A DNA stretch of 64,000 bases. Origin: Clostridia bacterium. GTDB taxonomy: Bacteria; Bacillota; Clostridia; UMGS1810. Numbering within the stretch: position 1 is the stretch's first letter; each line of letters begins with the position of its first letter. This document shows, piece by piece, positions 47,794-56,516 of this stretch. Location of the stretch: assembly GCA_045633845.1 (NCBI GenBank), contig JAZQZC010000036.1, positions 2,004 through 66,003 of the forward strand, in the 5' to 3' direction. Under the pieces are notes generated by a model, which was given only the letters and a program-made list of their open reading frames with translations, searched no databases and was not told where the DNA came from. Made by a program: the position numbers and the translations under genes.

Positions 47794-48804
47794 TTACAGC
47801 TTTAATTTAAGGTCGTTTGGTTTTATCCAGTTAATCTTTTTAAGTATTGCCGAAAACAGCGGTGTAAGTATTGCCGGGAGCACAAAGCAAACCAAAAGCA
47901 TACCCACAAGCTTAAATGTGTTAAAGCCTGCATCGGTCATAAGTCCTATCGGGCCTACAAGACCGCAGGTGCCCATACCCGAAGCTATTGCAACAGGGTT
48001 TTCAAGCTTAAAGAGTATTGTTGATATGGGGCCTGTAATTGCACTTGTAAGTATGGAGGGAATCCATATTCGCGGGTTTTTCATTATGTTGCCCATCTGC
48101 AGCATACTTGTGCCCAGGCCCTGAGCAACAAGGCCGCCAAAGCCGTTTTCTTTAAAGCTCATAAATGCAAAGCCCACCATCTGCGCACAGCAGCCTGCTG
48201 TTGCCGCGCCGCCTGCAAGGCCCACAAGCCCGAGGGATGCACAAATTGCAGCAGAGCTTATGGGCAGTGTGAGGCATATGCCCACAACAACCGAAACAAG
48301 CATACCCATCCAAAATGGCTCAAGCTCAATACAGGTCATAATAAAGCTGCCGAATGCTGCCATAACAGACGAAACAGCAGGGCTTACAAACATAGCCATT
48401 GCAGTACCTGCCGCAATTGTAACGGTGGGGGTTACAAGTATGTCTATTTTTGTCTCTTTACTAACTATTTTACCAAGCTCGCATGCAACAACAACTGCCA
48501 CAAATGTACCCATAGGCCCACCAAGAGTGTTTGAAGCAAAGCCCACTGCGCAAAGGGAGAGCAGCACAAGGTTTGGTGCGTTCATTGCACTGCCTATTGC
48601 CACCGCCATTGCAGGGCCTGTTGCAGATGTTGCATATTCCTTCATTGTGGCAAAAAATTCTATACCTGTTTTGTCATACACAGTGCCGAATATTGTGCCG
48701 ATAAGTAATGATGCAAAAAGACCGAGCGCCATTGCTCCCAGTGCATCAATAAAATATGCCTTGAATGTAATGTTGATGTTTTTGCGTTTTAAAAAGTTTT
48801 TCAT
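47794..48804 (-). CDS. PTS EIIC-like integral membrane protein (stand-alone EIIC_2-type)
   Basis: About 336 aa and highly hydrophobic, with Gly/Ala-rich helices (GPAMAVAIGSA, GLVGLAGGAATAGCCAQM), as in orphan EIIC-like proteins. No EIIA/EIIB partner lies nearby. Confidence 0.55.
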   Translation of the reverse strand: MKNFLKRKNINITFKAYFIDALGAMALGLFASLLIGTIFGTVYDKTGIEFFATMKEYATSATGPAMAVAIGSAMNAPNLVLLSLCAVGFASNTLGGPMGTFVAVVVACELGKIVSKETKIDILVTPTVTIAAGTAMAMFVSPAVSSVMAAFGSFIMTCIELEPFWMGMLVSVVVGICLTLPISSAAICASLGLVGLAGGAATAGCCAQMVGFAFMSFKENGFGGLVAQGLGTSMLQMGNIMKNPRIWIPSILTSAITGPISTILFKLENPVAIASGMGTCGLVGPIGLMTDAGFNTFKLVGMLLVCFVLPAILTPLFSAILKKINWIKPNDLKLKL

Positions 48805-48821
48805 TTGTTATCATTCCTTTG

Positions 48822-49099
48822 CAGTGTGACAGGACTCGAACCAACATTGGTTTCACATGAATAATTTACCTGAAACTTCAGTAAATTCCTTGAAAATACG
48901 CAAGTATTCCCTTCGAAATTTACCTTGTTTCAGAAAAATTATTCTATGTGAAACTGCTTTGCACCTGCCATCTTGAAATTTTTGTTAAGATTTCAGTGCG
49001 ACAGGTTGCAGGCGGGCTGACGCCCGTCAAAACCGACAATCTGAAAGATTACAAAAATTTCAGATGTCAGGCAGTGATAGTTCGAGTCCTGACACACTA
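48822..49099. mobile_element. Family-2 MITE-like element, copy B (inverted relative to copy A)
   Basis: GTGTGACAGGACTCGAACC...AGTTCGAGTCCTGACACAC, flanked by CA on the left and TA on the right. 94 percent identical to the reverse complement of copy A. Lies 19 nt upstream of the EIIC-like start codon. Confidence 0.85.
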
Positions 49100-49209
49100 T
49101 ATTAATATTATTCTATACCAAATTTAAAAAAAGTTCAACAGTTTAAAGTGTATTTTATGCATAATTCGTCATTTGGTATATATTTATATAATTGAAAGGA
49201 GTTTTTTTG

Positions 49210-50157
49210 TTGAATAAATTAATAATAGATAGCGGAACAAGACTGGTTATAGAAATAAAAAACAACAATATTATATGTGATGACGGCAAACACGAGCAGC
49301 TTTTGTCAGACCAATTGTATAATGATTTAGACGGCTATGTGACCGATAGCGGAATTACCGAAATATTTGCTTCAGGCGATACATATGTTACGAGATTTAC
49401 ATATAACGGAGTATGGCACAAAACAGATGTTGTAAGCAACGCTGCGGGCAGCGGCAAAATAAAAGGTGTTAAAGCTCTGACGGTTGGTTTGTATAAAAAC
49501 CTGTTTTACAGCGTGTACAAAAATGGCAAAAATATTCTTGTGCATCATATTATGGGCAGTGGAATAGACAAAGTATCTGCTGTGGATTACCTTGGCAGCC
49601 GCTGCAGATATACTGTGTTTTGCGATGGTAACGACAATATAAATATATGGTATGTTAATGAGACAGAAGAGCTTTGCAGCGCTAAATATATATGGTCGCA
49701 AAAAAAGTACTCACAAAAGGAGCTGCATGCCCAAAATGTGCTTAATTTGTGCGTGGTGCCGTGCAAATCGGGTGATACATACATTGCCGTTGTACAAAAA
49801 AACAAAGGCTACAACGAGGTGTGCTTTAAGTCAAAATCAGACGAAAATTTTGCAATGCTTGGCTTTGGCGTGGATTTTAATTGTGATGTGGCGGTTGTAA
49901 GTACTGAGGGGGCAGTTTATGTGCAGTGGATAGACTCAAAGGGCTGCGCAGAGAGCGTAAGCTATGACGGTGGCAAAACCTTTGGGCGCCCCAGTGATGT
50001 ACACAATATAAAATCTGCTCTATGCAAAATGTGTGCATACCGATGCGTGCAAAATTATAATGTAAAAACAGTTGATTTGTGCGTATCGGGCGGCAAAAAG
50101 CTCTTACACGAAAGTGCAATTATAGAATTATTAAAAAAGGAGACAGAAAATGAATAA
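49210..50157 (+). CDS. Hypothetical protein (one BNR/Asp-box-like motif)
   Basis: About 315 aa and beta-rich, with SYDGGKTF resembling an Asp-box. I recognise no other family motif. TTG 49210 lies 8 nt after AAAGGAG. Confidence 0.4.
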   Translation: MNKLIIDSGTRLVIEIKNNNIICDDGKHEQLLSDQLYNDLDGYVTDSGITEIFASGDTYVTRFTYNGVWHKTDVVSNAAGSGKIKGVKALTVGLYKNLFYSVYKNGKNILVHHIMGSGIDKVSAVDYLGSRCRYTVFCDGNDNINIWYVNETEELCSAKYIWSQKKYSQKELHAQNVLNLCVVPCKSGDTYIAVVQKNKGYNEVCFKSKSDENFAMLGFGVDFNCDVAVVSTEGAVYVQWIDSKGCAESVSYDGGKTFGRPSDVHNIKSALCKMCAYRCVQNYNVKTVDLCVSGGKKLLHESAIIELLKKETENE

Positions 50158-50749
50158 TTATGTAAGATTTTTTAATGCAGATTGTCAGGGCAGAAACATT
50201 TCGTTTTATATCAATGACGATATGGGTGCCGAAAATATTGAGTTTGGCAGCTTTAGCAGATACATACAAATAAACGGCAATCAGGCAACCTTTGGTATGT
50301 CCTGCCTCGATTGCAAAATAGGTGACTGCGGCACCCTCACTCTTAACTTTGACAGCTCCTCCGTTTATACTGTTGCGGCAGTGTGCATAGGCGGAGAGGT
50401 TTGCCTTTACGGCATAAGAGAAATGTTTGGCGAGCCCAACCGCGCAAGCGCAAACTTAAGGGTGTGCAACTTAAGCCCCGATATATCGGAGGATGATTTG
50501 TATGCAAACCGATACAAAATAATAGGGGATATAGACTATCTTGAAGTAAGCAAGTATATCAAAATGATTCCCGATACATACGACTTTACAATAAAAGACG
50601 ATAAGGAAATTAAATTCAACATAGGCAAGCAGACGCTCAAAAACGGAAAGTACAATACATTTTATATTATAGGCAAGCTCAAAGCAAAGCCCGAAATGAG
50701 ATGCATTGTATCAACAGATGCAATGAGCTACGAGGGCGACGCACTGTAA
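50150..50749 (+). CDS. DUF4397-like protein
   Basis: Two repeats of the pattern hRhhN.sPD...h.hY.N......h.Y...S.Yh (VRFFNADCQGRNISFYIND; LRVCNLSPDISEDDLYANRY). Its start overlaps the upstream stop by 8 nt. Confidence 0.45.
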   Translation: MNNYVRFFNADCQGRNISFYINDDMGAENIEFGSFSRYIQINGNQATFGMSCLDCKIGDCGTLTLNFDSSSVYTVAAVCIGGEVCLYGIREMFGEPNRASANLRVCNLSPDISEDDLYANRYKIIGDIDYLEVSKYIKMIPDTYDFTIKDDKEIKFNIGKQTLKNGKYNTFYIIGKLKAKPEMRCIVSTDAMSYEGDAL

Positions 50750-50776
50750 TTTAAAATATGCCAAACGGCAATGCTC

Positions 50777-51050
50777 GTGACAGTTGGGGATGTTCGCATG
50801 ACAACGGGGACATTGCTCGCAAGAGGTGTGTCCTCGCTTGTTGTGCGAACAGATAAAAACTAACCAGCGACAGACGGGGACGCACCTTTTGCAAAGGAAT
50901 ATCCCCATTTGTCACTTTTGCACAAAAGAGCTCGGTGGGGGATATTCGTCCGCAGGACGTGTGTCCCCGCATCCGGGCGACCGCAAGTGACAGTAGACAG
51001 ACGGGGACGCACCTTTTGCAAAGGAACATCCCCGTCTGTCTACTGTCACC
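50777..51050. repeat. Family-1 palindromic repeat, locus 5 (alpha + beta + degenerate beta + extended beta)
   Basis: GTGACAGTTGGGGATGTTCGCATGACAACGGGGACATTGCTCGCAAGAGG... ending with a perfect 21-bp stem GTGACAGTAGACAGACGGGGA / TCCCCGTCTGTCTACTGTCAC. Confidence 0.9.
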
Positions 51051-51079
51051 CAAAAATATCAAAAAGTTTAAAAAAGGTA

Positions 51080-51108
51080 TTGACAAACCAAATTTCGGGT
51101 GATATAAT
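51080..51108 (+). promoter_or_regulatory. Sigma-A promoter of the infC-rpmI-rplT operon
   Basis: TTGACA (51080-51085), a 17-nt spacer with an extended TG, and TATAAT (51103-51108). Confidence 0.7.
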
Positions 51109-51111
51109 ACT

Positions 51112-51220
51112 CAAGGAAAGTAAAGCAGAAGTCCACTTCTCACCTGCGGATTTGGTATGTCCGTATGGTTAATACATTTGTTTTATGTGTATAAGTGGGT
51201 GGATTTCGCCCACTTTTTTT
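51112..51220 (+). promoter_or_regulatory. Ribosomal protein L20 leader (attenuator) of the IF3 operon
   Basis: About 110-nt structured leader between the promoter and infC, ending in the terminator AAGTGGG-tggatttcg-CCCACTT plus TTTTTT (51193-51220). This arrangement is typical of the Firmicute L20 leader. Confidence 0.6.
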
Positions 51221-51244
51221 AATTTATTTTGGAGGTGCTTTATC

Positions 51245-51754
51245 ATCGCTATTAAAGAATGTTCAATTAATGAAGAAATCAAAGCAAAAGAAGTCAGATT
51301 AATTGGTGTTGACGGCTCACAGCTTGGTGTTATGTCTGTAAAAGAGGCTATGGCAAAAGCCGAACAAAGTAATCTCGACCTTGTGGAAATTTCGCCTCAG
51401 GCAGTTCCGCCGGTGTGCAAGATTATGGACTACGGAAAATACAGATTTGAACAGGCAAAGCGTGAAAAGGAAACTAAGAAAAATCAAAAAATTGTTAACA
51501 TCAAGGAAGTTAAAATGTCACCTTCTATTGATGTTCATGATTTTAACACCAAGGTTAATCAGGCTGCAAAGTTCTTAAAGTCGGGTGATAAAGTTAAAAT
51601 TACCGTTAAGTTCAGAGGCAGAGAGCTTCATCACACAGCTCTCGGTCAGGAGCTGCTCGAGAGAGTTGCAACTGCTCTTTCGGAGGTTGGCAACGTTGAA
51701 AAGCAAGCCAAGCTCGAAGGTAGAAATATGGCAATGGTAGTTGCCCCTAAATAA
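51245..51754 (+). CDS. infC: Translation initiation factor IF-3 (non-AUG start)
   Basis: INEEIKAKEVRLIGVDGSQLGV, DLVEISPQAVPPVCKIMDYGKY, and C-terminal FRGRE. There is no in-frame ATG after the RBS GGAGGTG (51231-51237). Candidate starts are ATC 51245 (7-nt spacing), ATC 51242 and ATT 51251. Confidence 0.9.
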   Translation: MAIKECSINEEIKAKEVRLIGVDGSQLGVMSVKEAMAKAEQSNLDLVEISPQAVPPVCKIMDYGKYRFEQAKREKETKKNQKIVNIKEVKMSPSIDVHDFNTKVNQAAKFLKSGDKVKITVKFRGRELHHTALGQELLERVATALSEVGNVEKQAKLEGRNMAMVVAPK

Positions 51755-51797
51755 AATATATTTTAAATGATTTTAATTATCGGAAGGAGTGTTCGTA

Positions 51798-51995
51798 ATG
51801 CCAAAAATTAAAACCCACAGAGGTGCGGCAAAAAGATTTAAACTTACCAAAAGCGGAAAGGTTAAAATTAACCAAGCATTCAGAAGACACATTTTGACCA
51901 AAAAGTCAACTAAGAGAAAAAGAGCTTTGAGAAAGCCGGCTTATGCAGCAAGCGCAAATGTTGCTACAATCAAGAGATTAATTTTGTATAAATAA
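51798..51995 (+). CDS. rpmI: 50S ribosomal protein L35
   Basis: [27 protein letters not shown] lies upstream. Confidence 0.95.
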   Translation: MPKIKTHRGAAKRFKLTKSGKVKINQAFRRHILTKKSTKRKRALRKPAYAASANVATIKRLILYK

Positions 51996-52016
51996 GATAT
52001 AGGAGGAGGCATCAGA

Positions 52017-52370
52017 ATGGCTAGAGTAAAAGGTGCATTGGCAACCAGAAAAAGACGTAAAAGAGTTTTGAAACTCGCAAAAGGATACAGAGGCGCAAAA
52101 TCAAGATGTTTCAGAACTGCTAAACAGGCAGTAATGAAATCTTTGGTATATGCTTACATCGGCAGAAAGCAGAAAAAGAGAGAATTCAGACAGCTCTGGA
52201 TTACAAGAATCAGTGCTGCTGCTAAATTGAACGGCATCAACTATTCACAGTTTATGAACGGTCTCAAAAAAGCAGGCATCAATATGAACAGAAAAATGCT
52301 TTCTGAAATCGCTATTGCAGATCCTGCTGCTTTCACCGCATTGGTTGAAAAAGCAAAGGCAGCTCTTTAA
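52017..52370 (+). CDS. rplT: 50S ribosomal protein L20
   Basis: [29 protein letters not shown]. Confidence 0.96.
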   Translation: MARVKGALATRKRRKRVLKLAKGYRGAKSRCFRTAKQAVMKSLVYAYIGRKQKKREFRQLWITRISAAAKLNGINYSQFMNGLKKAGINMNRKMLSEIAIADPAAFTALVEKAKAAL

Positions 52371-52397
52371 TAATCGAAAATTATAAAACAAATACAC

Positions 52398-52436
52398 AAA
52401 ACGTCACTGTATGATCGCAGTGACGTTTTGTTGTTA
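52398..52436 (+). terminator. Intrinsic terminator of rplT
   Basis: AAAACGTCACTG-tatgatcg-CAGTGACGTTTT followed by GTTGTT. Confidence 0.75.
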
Positions 52437-52501
52437 TTGACTTTATGTTGGGTTTGGGCTATAATTATAATGTATTATTATAATGTTTGGGAAGTATATA
52501 T

Positions 52502-53281
52502 ATGATAACAGAGATACAAAGCAGTTCAAACCTATTATTTAAAAATACAAAAAAGCTTTTAAATGCGTCCGACCGCAAAAAAGCAAAAAAGTTTATTGTT
52601 GAGGGATATCGCATAGTAGCAGATGCAGTAAGGCACAATGCAGATATAGATTATATCGTAATCAGCCAGGAGTATCAGCTTGAAGCCTTTGAGCAAAGCC
52701 ACAGGGTTTATCGCTTTAGCAAAAAGCTTTTTTCACAAATAAGCGGTACTGTTAATTCACAGGGGATTATTGCAGTGGTCAATTGCTTTGACACACAAAT
52801 AAATATTGCACAAGGTAACTATAGCAACATTGTGTATCTCGATTGTGTTACCGACCCGGGCAATATGGGCACAATACTTCGCACCTGCGATGCAATGGGG
52901 GTAGATTGCGTTATTGCGTCAAAGGGCTGTGTGGACATATACAACCCCAAGGTTGTGAGGGCCACAATGGCAAGTATGTTCTGCGTTCCTGTATTTTGCG
53001 ATGCTGACGATACAGTTATCACTGAGCTTAAGCAAAATGAATTTTCTGTTGTGGGAACTGTCATTGACGGCAGTATTTCGGTGTTTGACAGTGACCTTAC
53101 AGGCAAAACCGTTATTGTTATGGGTAACGAAGCAAACGGAATAAGCGACAAGGTAAAGCAAATGTGTGATGTAAAAATAAAAGTACCAATGTCGGGCGGG
53201 GCAGAATCACTCAATGTGGCAGTGTGCTGCGCAATGGTGCTTTACGAAAAAACAAGACAGAACTATATCGGGGAGGTGTAA
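52502..53281 (+). CDS. TrmH/SpoU-family RNA 2'-O-methyltransferase
   Basis: DPGNMGTILRTCDAMG, GNEANGIS, and ESLNVAVCCAMVLYE. Confidence 0.85.
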   Translation: MITEIQSSSNLLFKNTKKLLNASDRKKAKKFIVEGYRIVADAVRHNADIDYIVISQEYQLEAFEQSHRVYRFSKKLFSQISGTVNSQGIIAVVNCFDTQINIAQGNYSNIVYLDCVTDPGNMGTILRTCDAMGVDCVIASKGCVDIYNPKVVRATMASMFCVPVFCDADDTVITELKQNEFSVVGTVIDGSISVFDSDLTGKTVIVMGNEANGISDKVKQMCDVKIKVPMSGGAESLNVAVCCAMVLYEKTRQNYIGEV

Positions 53282-53284
53282 CTG

Positions 53285-54124
53285 ATGGGTGATATTTTAG
53301 CTTTTCTTATAGACAATATCAAAATGGTGCGTGTACGTGACATAATAGATATCGCCATAGTATCTTATGCTCTTTACAAGGGCATAAAGCTCATCAAAGA
53401 AACAAGAGCAGCACAGCTTATAAAGGGTGTTGTAATACTTATACTGTTTACACAGCTTTCGGGCTGGATGCAGCTTAATTCAACAAACTATATTTTGTCA
53501 AATACTATGCAGGTTGGTGTTTTTGCTTTGCTTGTAGTATTTCAGCCTGAGCTTAGGCGCATACTCGAAAAAGTGGGTACAACATCCTTCGGCAAGTTTT
53601 TTTCGCAGGATTATGACACCGAAAACATAACTCCCCACATATGCGAAGCGGTAGAATATATGTCGTCACAAAAAATCGGTGCGCTTATTCTTTTGGAGCG
53701 TAACACAAAGCTCGGTGACATTATGACGTCGGGCACAGTGCTCAATGCAAAGGTTACTCCCCAGCTGCTTATAAACATATTTATGTCAAACACACCTCTG
53801 CACGATGGTGCAACTGTTATTGGTGACAATATAATAAAAGCATCTGCCTGCTTTTTGCCCCTGTCGCAGAGCAGCGAGCTCAGCAAGGAGATGGGCACAA
53901 GGCACAGAGCTGCCGTTGGTGTGTCGGAGGTTACCGACTGCATTGCCATTGTTGTAAGTGAAGAAACAGGCAACATTTCTATGGCAAAAAACGGCAAAAT
54001 CACACGCAATTTAACGTCCAAAAAGCTTGGTGACGAAATAGACAAAATAATGCAGGCGGACAAAACCATTACAGATACAGATATCAAAAATAAATTCAGA
54101 ATTTGGACGGTGAAAAAGAAATGA
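53285..54124 (+). CDS. cdaA: Diadenylate cyclase CdaA
   Basis: Three N-terminal TM segments, then the DAC domain motifs TPLHDGATVI and GTRHRAAVGVSE...IVVSEETG. Confidence 0.95.
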   Translation: MGDILAFLIDNIKMVRVRDIIDIAIVSYALYKGIKLIKETRAAQLIKGVVILILFTQLSGWMQLNSTNYILSNTMQVGVFALLVVFQPELRRILEKVGTTSFGKFFSQDYDTENITPHICEAVEYMSSQKIGALILLERNTKLGDIMTSGTVLNAKVTPQLLINIFMSNTPLHDGATVIGDNIIKASACFLPLSQSSELSKEMGTRHRAAVGVSEVTDCIAIVVSEETGNISMAKNGKITRNLTSKKLGDEIDKIMQADKTITDTDIKNKFRIWTVKKK

Positions 54125-55164
54125 AATCATTTATAAAATCAGATTATTTTATAATGCTTATATCCGTTCTTGTTTCTATTTTTTTGTGGATTTATGTGGC
54201 TTACGACCAAAATCCTATCCACGAAACCTGGATTAAGGATGTACCAATAATGTACACAAATCAGTCCCCCGATTTTGAAAGCGGCAAGCTTGTTGTGCTT
54301 GAGGGCAAGCTTGACACCGTTGATGTAAAAATAAGAGGCAGACGCAGCATTATTTCTACAGTAGACGCATCACAGCTTACCTGCAGTGTCAATATGAGCG
54401 AGGTAACCAAAAGCGGCTCGTATTCCATACCTATATCTTTTTCGTCAGCAGTTTACGGAGTGGAGCTAACGCAAAAAAATCCCTATAATGTAGATTTGAT
54501 TGTGGACAAAACAGTAACAGACGAAAGAGAGATTACCGTTACAACAACAGGCAGTGCAAAAGACGGATTTGTTGTGGGTGAAGTAATCGGCGAGCCAAAG
54601 GTTGTAAAGCTTACAGGCCCTCAGAGCATTATATGGAGCGTTGATGAGGCAGTTGTTTCGGTTGACGTTACAGGTGCCGACGCAGATATTGTAAACCTGT
54701 ACAAAATAAAGCTTTACAATGACTCGGGAACAGAAATTACAGACAACAGAATAAGCAAAAATATAGAATACTGTGATGTTACATGTCATATATTCGCCAA
54801 AAAGCAGCTTAATGTAACACCGCTTTTGGGCAGTGAGTTTAACAGCAGAGGTGATAGGATTGTTGTATCGGGTGTTAATCCTCAAAGCATAACCCTCATA
54901 GGTACAAAAGAGCAGCTTGAAGGAATAACTGCAATATACACAAAAAATATTAATGTGTCCGATATTACAGAGCCTGCAGCTGTTACGGCGCAGCTCGATT
55001 TGTCGCAGCTTGTGCAGGGTGTTGCCGTTGAAGGCAATATTACCGAGGTTCAACTACAGCTTTATGCGGAAGGCTCGCAGCAAAATGATGAGCAAAACCA
55101 AAATGATGAAAAACAAAATAATGAACAGCAGGACGAACAGTCCGGCAACGGAGGAAATGAATAA
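54121..55164 (+). CDS. cdaR: CdaA regulatory protein CdaR (YbbR-like repeats)
   Basis: N-terminal TM segment, repeated YbbR-type beta domains, and a Q/N/E-rich tail. ATGA overlap with the cdaA stop. Confidence 0.8.
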   Translation: MKSFIKSDYFIMLISVLVSIFLWIYVAYDQNPIHETWIKDVPIMYTNQSPDFESGKLVVLEGKLDTVDVKIRGRRSIISTVDASQLTCSVNMSEVTKSGSYSIPISFSSAVYGVELTQKNPYNVDLIVDKTVTDEREITVTTTGSAKDGFVVGEVIGEPKVVKLTGPQSIIWSVDEAVVSVDVTGADADIVNLYKIKLYNDSGTEITDNRISKNIEYCDVTCHIFAKKQLNVTPLLGSEFNSRGDRIVVSGVNPQSITLIGTKEQLEGITAIYTKNINVSDITEPAAVTAQLDLSQLVQGVAVEGNITEVQLQLYAEGSQQNDEQNQNDEKQNNEQQDEQSGNGGNE

Positions 55165-56513
55165 TGGGTAGATTATTTGGAACAGATGGTGTAAGAGGTA
55201 TTGCCAACAAAGAGCTCACAGCGGAATTGGCTTTTAAATTGGGACAGGCAGGTGCACTTGTGCTTACAAAGCACAGTGAGGGCGCGCCAAAAATTCTTGT
55301 TGGCAAAGATACAAGAATTTCGGGAGATATGCTTGAGGCAGGGCTTATTGCGGGATTTTGCTCGGTGGGCGCACAGGTTGTATGTGTGGGTACAATACCA
55401 ACCCCTGCAGTTGCATACCTTGTACGCAAATACAAAATGGATGCAGGCGTTGTAATTTCGGCATCCCACAACTCAATGGAATACAACGGTATCAAATTTT
55501 TTAACAAAGACGGCTACAAGCTGAGTGATGATATCGAAAACGAAATAGAAGAATACATCCTCGACGGCAAGCCAATTGGCGAGCTCCCCGAGGGTGCAGG
55601 CGTGGGCAGGGTTTCACGCATCGACACAGGCAAGAGAGATTACGTAGATTTTGTAAAATCTACTGTCAGCGGTGATTTTTCAAGCCTCAAAATTGCAATC
55701 GACTGTGCAAATGGTGCATCATATGAGTGTGCAAAGCTTGTGTTTAAAGAGCTTGGTGCAGATGTAATTTTAATTAACAATGTTCCCAATGGTACAAATA
55801 TCAACGACAAATGCGGCTCCACACATATGGAGGGCTTGTCGGAGTTTGTTGCATCTAACGGCTGCGATCTGGGTCTTGCTCTCGACGGCGACGCCGACAG
55901 ACTTTTGGCAACAGATGAAAAGGGCAATATTGTTGACGGCGACAAAATTATGATACTTTGCGGTATGGCTCTTCGTGAAAAGGGAATGCTTAAAAATAAC
56001 ACCATAGTTGGCACAGTTATGAGCAATCTTGGATTTTTTAAAGCACTTGACGAGCTTGGCATCCTGTACGAAAAAACTGCAGTAGGCGACAGATACGTGC
56101 TCGAAAATATGCTCAAAAACGGCTATGCAATAGGCGGCGAGCAGTCGGGTCACATTATATTTATCGACTACAACTCTACCGGTGACGGCTTGCTCACAGC
56201 AGTACAGCTTGCAGCGGCACTTCGTGACAGCGGTCTGAGTATGTCTGATTTTGCATCGTTTATAAAAATCTATCCACAGGTGCTTGTAAACGCAAAAATA
56301 AAAAATGAGTACAAATCAACATATATGGATGTACCCGAAATTGCCGATGCTATTGCAAAAATCGAGCAAAAATTTGAGGGCAACGGCAGAGTGTTAATAA
56401 GACCTTCGGGCACAGAGCCCCTTGTGCGAGTAATGCTTGAGGGCAGCAACAGGGATGAGCTGCTTGAAGATGCAACACAGCTTGCAAAACTTATGGAAGA
56501 AAAATTGGGTTAA
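55164..56513 (+). CDS. glmM: Phosphoglucosamine mutase
   Basis: LFGTDGVRG, the active-site block [25 protein letters not shown], and GEQSGH. Confidence 0.96.
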   Translation: MGRLFGTDGVRGIANKELTAELAFKLGQAGALVLTKHSEGAPKILVGKDTRISGDMLEAGLIAGFCSVGAQVVCVGTIPTPAVAYLVRKYKMDAGVVISASHNSMEYNGIKFFNKDGYKLSDDIENEIEEYILDGKPIGELPEGAGVGRVSRIDTGKRDYVDFVKSTVSGDFSSLKIAIDCANGASYECAKLVFKELGADVILINNVPNGTNINDKCGSTHMEGLSEFVASNGCDLGLALDGDADRLLATDEKGNIVDGDKIMILCGMALREKGMLKNNTIVGTVMSNLGFFKALDELGILYEKTAVGDRYVLENMLKNGYAIGGEQSGHIIFIDYNSTGDGLLTAVQLAAALRDSGLSMSDFASFIKIYPQVLVNAKIKNEYKSTYMDVPEIADAIAKIEQKFEGNGRVLIRPSGTEPLVRVMLEGSNRDELLEDATQLAKLMEEKLG

Positions 56514-56516
56514 AAT

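Noticed and set aside
26951-49099. Copies A and B could be the ends of a composite transposon or genomic island.
   Set aside because: The enclosed genes are core housekeeping genes (rho, dcw cluster, ftsZ, nrdR, murT/gatD). The empty-site reconstruction shows copy A inserted independently into an intact rho-ftsK junction.
1552-51050. The family-1 repeats could be taken for a CRISPR array or arrays.
   Set aside because: There is no regular repeat-spacer periodicity, the units occur in both orientations and overlap each other, and no cas genes lie in the window.
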